Shown: positions 28,634 to 37,679 of the stretch, piece by piece | Layout of the letters: every line of letters starts with the position of its first letter | How positions within the stretch are numbered: the stretch's first letter is position 1 | From: Desulfuromonadales bacterium | Lineage (GTDB): Bacteria; Desulfobacterota; JAENJC01 | Direction of reading: 5' to 3' | NCBI GenBank assembly: GCA_919902985.1 | Contig: CAKKSC010000022.1 | Span: forward strand, 3,436 to 67,435 | Length of the DNA stretch: 64,000 bases | Notes under the pieces: model-generated | The model's database searches: none | What the model saw: only the letters and a program-made list of their open reading frames with translations | Told to the model about the DNA's origin: nothing | Made by a program: the position numbers and the translations under genes

Positions 28634-29926
28634 ATGAAACAGGAAAAGGAATTCGGGTTTGATACTCGGATGGTGCATGCAGGGCATATCCCGGACTCGC
28701 AGACCGGATCACGTGCCGTCCCCATCTATCAGACCTCTTCATTCGTCTTTTTTGACGCGGACCACGCGGCAGAGCTTTTTGACCTCAAGCAGTACGGGCA
28801 TATATACTCCAGGATCAGCAACCCGACCGTCTCGGTATTTGAGGAGCGCATGGCTTCGCTGGAGGGGGCTACAGGTGCGGTGGCTACTACTACTGGGATG
28901 TCTGCACAGCTTACAGTATTCATGACCCTCCTTGAACCTGGGGATGAGGTGGTCTCATCAGCCCATCTTTACGGGGGGACGCTGGTACAGTTCACCCATA
29001 CATTGAAAAGAATGGGAGTGTCCGTGACCTTTGTAGACCCTACCGATATAGGAGCATGGGAGCGGGCGATAACTCCCCGCACAAAGGCCCTGTATGGAGA
29101 ATTGATCGGAAACCCAAGGGGTAGCATCATGGACCTTGAAAAGATCGGGGTCCTGGCAGCCCAGCACTGCATACCCCTCATCATAGACAACACAATGGCA
29201 ACGCCGTACCTTTGTCGTCCCATGGGTTTCGGGGCATCCATAGTGGTCTATTCAGCCACCAAGTTCATCGGCGGGCATGGGAACTCCTTGGGAGGCGTGG
29301 TCCTTGACTCCGGTAAGTTCGATTATTCCCGTTTCCCAGCCATTGCCGAGCCGTCTCCGAAATACCACAACCTTCGCTTTTACGATACCTTCGGCCATTA
29401 CGGGTTTCTGATGAAGTTGAGGGTTGAGACGGTGCGTGACACAGGCTGTTGCCTCTCTCCAATGAACGCCTTTCTTCTGATACAAGGGCTTGAGACCCTC
29501 TCTCTCCGAATGGAGAGACATGTGGAGAATGCGCTGAAGATAGCCACTTTCCTGGAAGAGCACCCGAAGGTCGCGTGGGTAGCCTATGCAGGCCTGCCCA
29601 GCCACCCCCAGCATGATCTGGCCAATAAGTATATGCCTAAAGGTCCCGGCGCAGTCTTCTCCTTCGGGCTTAAGGATAAGGCAGGCGAAGATGTGCGCCT
29701 GTCAGGTAAAAGATTTATCGAAAATTTAAAGCTGTTCAGTCACCTGGCTAACATCGGAGATGTGCGCAGTCTCGTAATACATCCCGCCTCTACCACTCAC
29801 CAGCAGCTAACTGATGAAGAGTTGAAAGCGTGCGGAGTGGGGCCGGAACTTATCCGACTATCAATCGGAATCGAAAATGTGGAGGACCTTCTATGGGATC
29901 TGGAACAGGCGTTTCATGCTCTATAA
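28634..29926 (+). CDS. metY: O-acetylhomoserine aminocarboxypropyltransferase (sulfhydrylase)
   Basis: PLP-dependent Cys/Met metabolism enzyme (SATKFIGGHG lysine region); RBS AAGGAG. Confidence 0.9.
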   Translation: MKQEKEFGFDTRMVHAGHIPDSQTGSRAVPIYQTSSFVFFDADHAAELFDLKQYGHIYSRISNPTVSVFEERMASLEGATGAVATTTGMSAQLTVFMTLLEPGDEVVSSAHLYGGTLVQFTHTLKRMGVSVTFVDPTDIGAWERAITPRTKALYGELIGNPRGSIMDLEKIGVLAAQHCIPLIIDNTMATPYLCRPMGFGASIVVYSATKFIGGHGNSLGGVVLDSGKFDYSRFPAIAEPSPKYHNLRFYDTFGHYGFLMKLRVETVRDTGCCLSPMNAFLLIQGLETLSLRMERHVENALKIATFLEEHPKVAWVAYAGLPSHPQHDLANKYMPKGPGAVFSFGLKDKAGEDVRLSGKRFIENLKLFSHLANIGDVRSLVIHPASTTHQQLTDEELKACGVGPELIRLSIGIENVEDLLWDLEQAFHAL

Positions 29927-29940
29927 CTCTTAACTCAGTA

Positions 29941-30432
29941 TTGACTAAAGAGCAGAAGGAACTGTATCAAAATCCGGAAGATATCCGGAAGATATTGAAT
30001 GAATGCAAGACTATCGCCATTGTGGGGCTGTCCACCGACAAGCAGAAGGCGAGCTATTTCGTTGCATCGTATATGCGTTCATCGGGATATCGAATCATAC
30101 CGGTAAACCCCAGGGCAGAGCGGATACTGGGCGAAACTTGTTACCCGGACTTGAAGAGCATTCCCGAACCTGTGGACCTGGTGGATATTTTCCGGCCCTC
30201 TTACGATTGTCTGGAGATAGCACAGGAGGCAATCGCCTGTAAGGTGAAGGCCGTATGGTTACAGCTTAAAATCATTAATGAGGAGGCGGCTGAACTGGCG
30301 CGAAAGGCCGGTTTACTCGTTGCGATGGACTGTTGCATTAAAATGGAGCATGGGCGTTATTGCGGTGGACTGCACGAAGCAGGGATGAATACCGAGATCA
30401 TCTCGGCCCAGCGGGTTCATCGGTTTGTTTAA
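29941..30432 (+). CDS. CoA-binding domain protein
   Basis: KTIAIVGLSTDKQKASYFVASYM...IIPVNP Rossmann-like CoA-binding motif; TTG start inferred; the ORF extends upstream into metY. Confidence 0.55.
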   Translation: MTKEQKELYQNPEDIRKILNECKTIAIVGLSTDKQKASYFVASYMRSSGYRIIPVNPRAERILGETCYPDLKSIPEPVDLVDIFRPSYDCLEIAQEAIACKVKAVWLQLKIINEEAAELARKAGLLVAMDCCIKMEHGRYCGGLHEAGMNTEIISAQRVHRFV

Positions 30433-31487
30433 GTATTCATCAACACCAGCGCCTTTATTGAATCTCCTGCGTCAGCCGTTGTATTAAAGGCTTCCCCAGC
30501 CTGTTCAAGCGGGTATCTGTGTGTGACTATCTTTTCCGCGCTCACTACACCCATCTCAATCAGTTCCAGGGCCTCCCTTGTATCGAAAGGCCCGCAGGAG
30601 TACGAAGGGACAAGGGATATCTCGTTGAAATATATGTCATGGGGGTTTATAAGAAGGTTCTCCTCTTTTGGCGTAGGGGTGAAGAGAAGGACAGTCCCGC
30701 CTCTCCCGCAGCATTTTATTCCCTCCTCCATAGCTTTTATGGAGCTTGGCCCCACAACTACAATATCCGCCATGATCCCGCCGGTGGCATCTTTCACAGC
30801 ATCAAATAAATCCAGCTCCGTCAGATTTACTACCAGATCAGCCCCCATCCCCTTTGCGTAGTCGCACCTGAACTTTTGAAAATCTGCGGCTATCACCTTC
30901 TTTGCCCCGTAATGCTTCGCCAGAAGGACATTCAACTGCCCCATTGTGCCGAGGCCCTGTACCAGAACGATGTCCCCCTGCCTTATCCGTGCCCTTTTGA
31001 ACCCCTTGACCACGCAGGCCGTCGGCTCGGTAAGGGTCGCATCCTCCATCGAGATGCCGTCCGGCAAAAGAAGCGTATCTCCCTGAAGGTTCTCCTCCGG
31101 GATCTTCACATATTCCGCGATCCCGCCTGGGACTATCTTTGTCTTCCTCCATGTATCGCACTGGACATAATCACCCCGGCGGCAGAAGCGGCAGGTGAAG
31201 CATGGGCCATGATGGTGTATTGCAACTCTGTTCCCGACCTTAAAGTTCTTTACCTCTTTACCGACTTCTACAATGGTTCCCGCCGGTTCATGCCCAAGGA
31301 CAATAGGGGCCTTTTTCCTGATGTACCAGGGCATCACATCGCCGGAGCATATCCCGCAGGCGGAGGCCTTAACCAGCGCCTCCCTTGGGCCCACATCCGG
31401 GACAGGCATCTCTTCGATGCGTATATCTTTAAAGTCATATGCCACAGCGGCCTTCATAGTCTTGTTCATCGTTTGCATCCCTTTCAT
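30429..31487 (-). CDS. zinc-dependent alcohol dehydrogenase (MDR family)
   Basis: GICSGD...GHEPAG catalytic zinc motifs, C-x2-C-x2-C-x7-C structural zinc site, GLGTMG NAD motif. Confidence 0.8.
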   Translation of the reverse strand: MKGMQTMNKTMKAAVAYDFKDIRIEEMPVPDVGPREALVKASACGICSGDVMPWYIRKKAPIVLGHEPAGTIVEVGKEVKNFKVGNRVAIHHHGPCFTCRFCRRGDYVQCDTWRKTKIVPGGIAEYVKIPEENLQGDTLLLPDGISMEDATLTEPTACVVKGFKRARIRQGDIVLVQGLGTMGQLNVLLAKHYGAKKVIAADFQKFRCDYAKGMGADLVVNLTELDLFDAVKDATGGIMADIVVVGPSSIKAMEEGIKCCGRGGTVLLFTPTPKEENLLINPHDIYFNEISLVPSYSCGPFDTREALELIEMGVVSAEKIVTHRYPLEQAGEAFNTTADAGDSIKALVLMNT

Positions 31488-31899
31488 TAGCAGGTAATCA
31501 GATTAACATGTTATTGGGATATCGGCAAGATGATTGAAGAACCTATAACCCACCAACTACAGAGTTCTGTAGTTTGATCAACCTTTAAAAAAGCATTTGG
31601 GATGCAGATTTTTGCCGATTTTGCAAAGAGAAAGGAGACATTTAGGAAAGCCGGTAGAACCCAAGTTAAGCCGTTGTAAAAAAACTGTTACATCGCAATA
31701 TAGTGATTGGCATAAGGGGCCGTAACGAAATGGTTGGAAATGTAATGATTATTTCGTAACGGTCCCTAAAGGAAGATCAAGGTTCTTACGGGGATACTTT
31801 ATTAAAGACTGTTTAAATTTATAGGAGATAAAATGGAATTGTCGATAAAGAGAAGAGTAGGGAGGTGGGATAATCCACCTCCCCGGATCGATTACTCTT

Positions 31900-32211
31900 T
31901 TAAGAGCCTTGATGCTTTGCCTTTTCCTTTTGATATGCCTCTTTCCCTGCCTCATAGGCAGTCCTTACCTCGTCCTTCTTTTCCTGCATAGAGTTTTTGA
32001 TGGCTTCGAGACGCTCCTCGATCTCTTCCAGAGCGGCGTCATATCCTTCTTTTGTCCGCACTCTTGCCTTTTCTGCTCCCTCTCTTATCCGCCTCCTTGT
32101 TTCTTCCCCTGATGCAGGCGCATACAACAAGGCAATCCCTGCCCCAATCGCGCCTCCAAGCAAAAAGCCTAATACTGTGTTCGTCCCTCCTGAATGGTTA
32201 TTCCCGCACAT
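31900..32211 (-). CDS. YtxH-domain protein
   Basis: GFLLGGAIGAGIALLYAPASGEETRRRI N-terminus plus a coiled-coil tail. Confidence 0.55.
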   Translation of the reverse strand: MCGNNHSGGTNTVLGFLLGGAIGAGIALLYAPASGEETRRRIREGAEKARVRTKEGYDAALEEIEERLEAIKNSMQEKKDEVRTAYEAGKEAYQKEKAKHQGS

Positions 32212-32578
32212 TTTCTTTTCCCCCCTTTCTGAAATGTTTTAATCCGAACGTTATGCCTGCCATTACACCGGCCATCTTTAACACAGGCCCCTTGATAGCG
32301 TCTATAACAACCTCTGCAACCCCTGTTGCCTTTAAGGTCACATCTTTAAACTTCTTTACGGTCTCCTCCATGTCCCCCACCTGGCCGTTTACCCTGTGCG
32401 TTATCTCCTTTACATCCTCAAGGACCCTCTTCCCCTGCTCCGAAAACTCCTGAACTGCCTTCGCGGTTTGGCGAAGTTGGGTAATCGCAGGGATGAGGGA
32501 TACAACCAGTATTAAAAAGGAGATGGCAATTATGAATATGGAAAGTTCGGCCAGTGAAACAGTAAATGTCATATACAC
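32198..32578 (-). CDS. DUF948-domain membrane-anchored protein
   Basis: N-terminal TM helix followed by LIPAITQLRQTAKAV; typical neighbour of YtxH genes. Confidence 0.55.
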   Translation of the reverse strand: MYMTFTVSLAELSIFIIAISFLILVVSLIPAITQLRQTAKAVQEFSEQGKRVLEDVKEITHRVNGQVGDMEETVKKFKDVTLKATGVAEVVIDAIKGPVLKMAGVMAGITFGLKHFRKGGKENVRE

Positions 32579-32838
32579 CTCGGGATAATAAATCTACTAT
32601 AATCAGTCTTGAACTAAACTTACCCTGTTAATGTTGAGTTGTCAAGTAAGGGGGATCATATAATTGCCTTGACACTTACCGTTTTTGTCTGCTATTTTTT
32701 TGTATAGTAGCAGACTTGAATTGATATATGGGTCTGACATCATAAGTCGGTGAACGCCGCTGGTACTGATTATTAAAGCAAGGAGGCTTCATGTACTCAT
32801 TTAGCATCTATGACTTCTATGTAAAGGGGGGGGTGTTC

Positions 32839-33411
32839 ATGCACCCGATCCTTCTATGTTCCATCTTATCCCTTGCAATATTCATGGAAAGGCTCTGGAG
32901 CCTGAGAAGAAAAAAAGTCATCCCTGAAGCCCTCCTTCCAAAACTTGAAAGGCTTATTAATGAAGGAAAGATTACAGAGTCCATCGCCCTCTGTAAGGCC
33001 GATAATTCTTCTATGGCCAGGATAGTTATGGCAGGGATAAAGAACTCAGATAAAAAAAGGGAACTTATTAAGGAGGCGATGCAGGAGACAGGAAGCAGAG
33101 AGGCTGTCTATCTGGAGAAGTACCTGGAGGCGCTTTCCACTATTGCCGGGGTAAGTACCCTTCTTGGTCTGTTAGGTACCATACAGGGAATGATAATTAT
33201 TTTTTCCATGATAGCCATTGAATCTACAGTAAACCCCCAGGCTCTTGCAGGAGGCATATCCACAGCGCTTAACACGACAGCCGCCGGTCTGGTTGTTGCC
33301 ATACCGACAACCATATTCTACAAGTATCTTATGGGGAAGGCTGAGACAATGGTCGTCGAGATGGAAGAGTATGCGACCCGGATGGTAGATATAATTAAGG
33401 GGAACGATTAA
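32839..33411 (+). CDS. exbB: MotA/TolQ/ExbB proton-channel family protein
   Basis: Three TM helices with the conserved LSTIAGVSTLLGLLGTIQGMI region; start taken at the internal ATG. Confidence 0.8.
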   Translation: MHPILLCSILSLAIFMERLWSLRRKKVIPEALLPKLERLINEGKITESIALCKADNSSMARIVMAGIKNSDKKRELIKEAMQETGSREAVYLEKYLEALSTIAGVSTLLGLLGTIQGMIIIFSMIAIESTVNPQALAGGISTALNTTAAGLVVAIPTTIFYKYLMGKAETMVVEMEEYATRMVDIIKGND

Positions 33412-33827
33412 TGCGCTTCAGGAAACCAAGACACGGCAGGGGCTCAGTAAATATGGACGTGACCCCCATCCTGGATACGGCCTTTAACCTGCTCCTCTTC
33501 TTCGCCCTTTCCTTCAACTTCGGCGTTGCGCCGGGACTGAAGGTCAAGCTACCTGAAGCCTCGGCGGAAGCGTTGAAAAAAGAGAATAAGGAGATAACGG
33601 TGAGTATCTCCAAGGAAGGGGTACTCTCCCTTGAAGGGAAGACGGTGACTGTAAATGACCTTACCAGCAGATTCAAGGCCCTCCGGTCTAAAAACCCGGA
33701 TGCCATGGTGATAGTCCAGGGAGACGCAGAGGCCCTTCACGGAAAAGTTGTCCAAGTGATGGACGCTGCCAAGGGAGCAGGACTAAGTAAACTGGCTATT
33801 GCGACAAGACCTAAAGAAGGCAGGTAA
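33411..33827 (+). CDS. exbD: ExbD/TolR biopolymer transport protein
   Basis: Single TM helix (PILDTAFNLLLFFAL) plus periplasmic domain; start overlaps the exbB stop. Confidence 0.8.
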   Translation: MRFRKPRHGRGSVNMDVTPILDTAFNLLLFFALSFNFGVAPGLKVKLPEASAEALKKENKEITVSISKEGVLSLEGKTVTVNDLTSRFKALRSKNPDAMVIVQGDAEALHGKVVQVMDAAKGAGLSKLAIATRPKEGR

Positions 33828-33946
33828 CAGAACAGAGAAGATGGGTATTGACAAGGAACCAAGAAAAATGGTATAAATATTTAGTCATACTGTTGATATC
33901 CATCTTATTTTTTGGATGTTTTATATCTCTTGCAGGAGGTGTTTTA

Positions 33947-34248
33947 TGGCAATGATAAATTGTTGGGAAGCGAAAAACTGTGGCAGGGAGCCTGGAGGCA
34001 GCAAGGTCTCTGAGTTTGGTGTTTGTCCTGCGGCAACAGAGACGAAGCTTGACGGCTACCATAACGGCACAAACGCCGGCAGGGTCTGCTGGGCTGTTGC
34101 CGGGACCTATTGCGGAGGAAAGGTTCAAGGTACATTTGCGAATAAGGAAGAAAATTGCTCTGCCTGCGATTTTTATAAAGATGTTATTAAGGCAGAAGGG
34201 AAAAATTACACAGGAGTAATGCCGATTTTGAAAAAACTCAAATCTTAA
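33947..34248 (+). CDS. small Cys-rich two-CW-motif protein
   Basis: NCWEAKNCGREPGG and RVCWAVAGTYCGG repeats plus CSACDFY; about 100 aa; no signal peptide. Confidence 0.5.
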
Positions 34249-34406
34249 TTTCCTCAATAATCCCAGTATCGGATATCTGTTAATTCAATAATGTCCCGGG
34301 CTCTATGTCATTCCCTGGATGACTGGCGGGGAGTGGAACAGAGTCCTGTTGCATTAACAGCCAAAGAAGAGGATGGAAATGTCGGAAGTTCAGTACTGAA
34401 TAATAC

Positions 34407-34748
34407 TTACGAATTCCCCACCCTGCCTGCCTGGAACAGGCCGAGATGTTCCAGAGCCAGAGAGCTTTGGCTCAGAAACCTTATCCCCATGCCTTTAGGA
34501 AGTCCGTTATTCGACTCAGGACTTATGTTGTTCCAGACCACCTCCCCCAGCACCTCTACGGCGCTGTGCAGAGTAGGAAGGTTAAGATGGAGAACCACCA
34601 TGCTCCCAGGAGGGAGTGGTTTGTGTGAAGGCAAATAGATGCCTCCAGCGCTTATATTCAGGGAGAAGACGCTCTGTACTGAGTCATTACTGGTGAAATC
34701 CACATTGATCCTTATCGGTATACGGGGATTTTCCCTCTGATTACCCAA
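34407..34748 (-). CDS. PilZ-domain protein
   Basis: RIPIRINV ... NISAGGIYL c-di-GMP-binding PilZ motifs. Confidence 0.65.
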   Translation of the reverse strand: MGNQRENPRIPIRINVDFTSNDSVQSVFSLNISAGGIYLPSHKPLPPGSMVVLHLNLPTLHSAVEVLGEVVWNNISPESNNGLPKGMGIRFLSQSSLALEHLGLFQAGRVGNS

Positions 34749-36138
34749 TAGATGCTCCTTTGAAAAACCTGGTAATTATCTCTATATCTCCTTCAATTAA
34801 TGTCCTCATATCAAAAACAACCTCGTCCTGCTCTATCCTTGCAACAATTGCGTTGGAGTTCGTTCTCAGCTTCTTTTCCAGCCTGTTTGGGGATATCCCT
34901 TTTGCCTTAATAACCACAAGCTTTGTAGGTATCTCCTGAAGGGGCATTGCGCCTCCTCCAACCTGTGAGAAGCCGTCTCTTATGCTTACCTCAAACCTTC
35001 CGCCTGGGATGCCTCTGAGTCCTTTCAGCAACCTCCTTGCCGTCTTTGCCAGGTCCGCAACCTGGAGGGTCAGCATCCTTAACACAGGTATCTCATGGAA
35101 TGCCTTCAATTCATCCATGTATACCTTTAAAGTAGCCTCCAGTGCCGCAACAGTGAGCTTGTCAATCCTCAGCGCCCTTGTAAGAGGGTTTTTCTTAATG
35201 GCAGCTATGATTTCCTTCTTTCCGACGATAATCCCGGCCTGAGGGCCTCCAAGCAGCTTGTCTCCGCTGAATGTAATAACGTCTATCCCTCCTGCTACGG
35301 AGTCCTGGACCGTTGGCTCTCTTTTTATTCCATACCCGGAAAGGTCAACAAGGCTTCCGCTGCCGAGGTCGTTCATCACAGGGATATTATTCTCCTTGCC
35401 GAGCTTGGCTAAATCCTGAATAGGGACATCCGCCGTGAACCCGACCATGTCGAAGTTGCTCCTGTGGACCTTCATAATCAGTGATGTTTCAGGGGTCATT
35501 GCAGCCTCATAATCATTGAGATGTGTCCTGTTGGTGGTCCCAACCTCCACAAGACTTGCCGCGCTCTTTCTCATCACATCCGGTATTCTGAAGGAACCAC
35601 CTATTTCAACCAGTTCTCCGCGTGAGACTATGACCTCCTTCCCCTCCGCCAGGGTGTTGAGGACGAGCAGAACAGCAGCGGCGTTATTGTTGACAACCAA
35701 AGCGGCCTCTGACCCTGTAAGCCGGCAAAGAAGCGGTTCCAGGTGTGAATACCTTTCGCCCCTTTCCCCCTTCTCCAGGTCAAATTCAAGGTTGGCATAA
35801 GCAGTCGAGACTTCAATGAGGTTTTTCAATGCCGATACTGGAAGGGGCGCCCTTCCAAGGTTCGTATGGAGGATTACGCCAGTGGCATTTACAACCCTCG
35901 CCATACTGAGTTTCCCGCTTTTTTCTATCTCAGTCTCCACCTTCTTGCGGAACTCGCCAATATTAAACCTGTAAATCCTTGCTTCGCTGCCTTTTATCAA
36001 CTCCCTTTCTTTATCAAGGGCGGTCCTTATGGCTTCAACAACTATCGGGCGCGACCTTTCTTTTAGGAATCCGGCTGTCTTGCTGTCCTTAAGGATGGAA
36101 TCAACCGACGGCAGCTTTCTTAAAAGTTCCTTCTTCAT
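34741..36138 (-). CDS. selA: L-seryl-tRNA(Sec) selenium transferase
   Basis: SelA family PLP enzyme; size and motifs (FSGDKLLGGPQAGIIVG) fit. Confidence 0.85.
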   Translation of the reverse strand: MKKELLRKLPSVDSILKDSKTAGFLKERSRPIVVEAIRTALDKERELIKGSEARIYRFNIGEFRKKVETEIEKSGKLSMARVVNATGVILHTNLGRAPLPVSALKNLIEVSTAYANLEFDLEKGERGERYSHLEPLLCRLTGSEAALVVNNNAAAVLLVLNTLAEGKEVIVSRGELVEIGGSFRIPDVMRKSAASLVEVGTTNRTHLNDYEAAMTPETSLIMKVHRSNFDMVGFTADVPIQDLAKLGKENNIPVMNDLGSGSLVDLSGYGIKREPTVQDSVAGGIDVITFSGDKLLGGPQAGIIVGKKEIIAAIKKNPLTRALRIDKLTVAALEATLKVYMDELKAFHEIPVLRMLTLQVADLAKTARRLLKGLRGIPGGRFEVSIRDGFSQVGGGAMPLQEIPTKLVVIKAKGISPNRLEKKLRTNSNAIVARIEQDEVVFDMRTLIEGDIEIITRFFKGASIG

Positions 36139-36268
36139 TGCGACCGGATTATATTAACAAAGGCAGGCAGTGTCAAGGTTTAAACTGCTGTTATCTCTTG
36201 ACTTTCTGAGGTGCGGGTGCTAACCTGCGGCTATCAATTCCATCTCCTGCTGAAAGGAGCAATCAGAT

Positions 36269-37132
36269 ATGAAGATAAGAAAGGCTGTATTTCCGGCTGC
36301 CGGGCTTGGTACAAGATTCCTTCCCGTAACCAAGGCCATTCCAAAGGAGATGCTCCCCCTGGTTGACACACCGCTGATTCAATACTGCGTGGAGGAGGCC
36401 ATCGCTTCTGGTATAGAGGATGTAATAATAATCACAGGCCGCGGCAAGACGGCCATAGAAGACCATTTCGACACATCAAAAGAACTCGAGGTGTTGTTGG
36501 AGGAAAAGGGGAAGACAGACCTTTTGAAGATGGTCAGGGACATATCAAACCTTGTCAGGTTCTCATACACAAGACAAAAAGAAGCGTTGGGACTTGGGCA
36601 CGCAATCCTTTGCGCTAAAGACCTGGTGGGAGAAGAACCCTTTGCGGTATTTCTGGGAGATGATATCATAGATTCCAAGGTCCCTGCCATGAAACAGATG
36701 ACTGAGGTGTATAAAAAATACAGACACTCCGTCCTGGCAGTACAAAGGGTTCCAAGGGAGAATATATCAAGTTATGGGGTGATTAAAGGGACGGCAGCAG
36801 GTAACCACCTATTTGAAGTAACCGATCTGGTTGAAAAACCGAGGCCCGAAGATGCCCCATCTGACTTGGCGGTCATAGGGAGATATATCCTTACCCCGGA
36901 TGTCTTTGAGTATCTGGAAAATACCAGACCTGGGAAAAACGGGGAGATTCAACTGACCGATGCCCTAAAGGCAATGGCTGGCAGGCATCCCATATATGCC
37001 CTTGAGTTTGAGGGCGACAGGTACGATGCAGGGGACAAGCTTGGTTTTTTAAAGGCCACTGTCTCCCTTGCCCTGAAGAGGGACGATTTAAGAGATGAGT
37101 TTGTCGAATTTCTCAAGGGGTTAAAGCTTTAG
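36269..37132 (+). CDS. galU: UTP--glucose-1-phosphate uridylyltransferase
   Basis: KAVFPAAGLGTRFLPVTKAIPKEMLP N-terminal signature. Confidence 0.85.
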   Translation: MKIRKAVFPAAGLGTRFLPVTKAIPKEMLPLVDTPLIQYCVEEAIASGIEDVIIITGRGKTAIEDHFDTSKELEVLLEEKGKTDLLKMVRDISNLVRFSYTRQKEALGLGHAILCAKDLVGEEPFAVFLGDDIIDSKVPAMKQMTEVYKKYRHSVLAVQRVPRENISSYGVIKGTAAGNHLFEVTDLVEKPRPEDAPSDLAVIGRYILTPDVFEYLENTRPGKNGEIQLTDALKAMAGRHPIYALEFEGDRYDAGDKLGFLKATVSLALKRDDLRDEFVEFLKGLKL

Positions 37133-37190
37133 TGGTCAGGGGTCAGTGATCAGTGGTCAGTTACTGACAACCGGCCACTGACCACCTTTT
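37133..37190 (+). terminator. palindromic repeat (family B) acting as galU terminator
   Basis: TGGTCAGGGGTCAGTGATCAGTGGTCAGTTACTGACAACCGGCCACTGACCACC followed by TTTT; nested stems GTGGTCAG / CTGACCAC. Confidence 0.5.
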
Positions 37191-37203
37191 GGGGGGAGAA
37201 GAT

Positions 37204-37653
37204 ATGGGATCATCACCAAAGCAAGGGAAAGAAAAGACAACAAAGATTGAAAGTGAGATAGACGAGATAGATGAGCCATTCTTTGCCGTCTTCGGATTCG
37301 AATCTAACAAGGAAGAAGGTTTCCCAGTGATAGATGTCTTCGAAAACTCCGACAATATCTTTATAGAGGCCGAACTGCCCGGCATAGACAGGGAGAGGAT
37401 GCGGATAAGTGTAGCTGAAGGGGAGCTGGTGATAGAGGGAGATAAGGCTGGAGACAGGGAGGAGAACGGCAAGGTAAACTATATATGCATAGAGAGGAGC
37501 TTTGGGAAGTTTTGCAGGACGGTAGAGATACCCAAGGCTGCTGACACAAGCAAGGTAAGGGCCAGATACAAGGAAGGGATACTTCTAGTCACCATCCCGA
37601 AGGTTAAAGAACAAAGAAAGAAAAAGAGAAAGATAGAGATAGAGATAGAGTAA
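37204..37653 (+). CDS. Hsp20/alpha-crystallin family small heat-shock protein
   Basis: Alpha-crystallin domain (FPVIDVFENSDNIFIEAELPG...GILLVTIPK); ATG after GGGGGAGAAG. Confidence 0.85.
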   Translation: MGSSPKQGKEKTTKIESEIDEIDEPFFAVFGFESNKEEGFPVIDVFENSDNIFIEAELPGIDRERMRISVAEGELVIEGDKAGDREENGKVNYICIERSFGKFCRTVEIPKAADTSKVRARYKEGILLVTIPKVKEQRKKKRKIEIEIE

Positions 37654-37679
37654 AAATACAAGATATCTGGAGGTAGATA

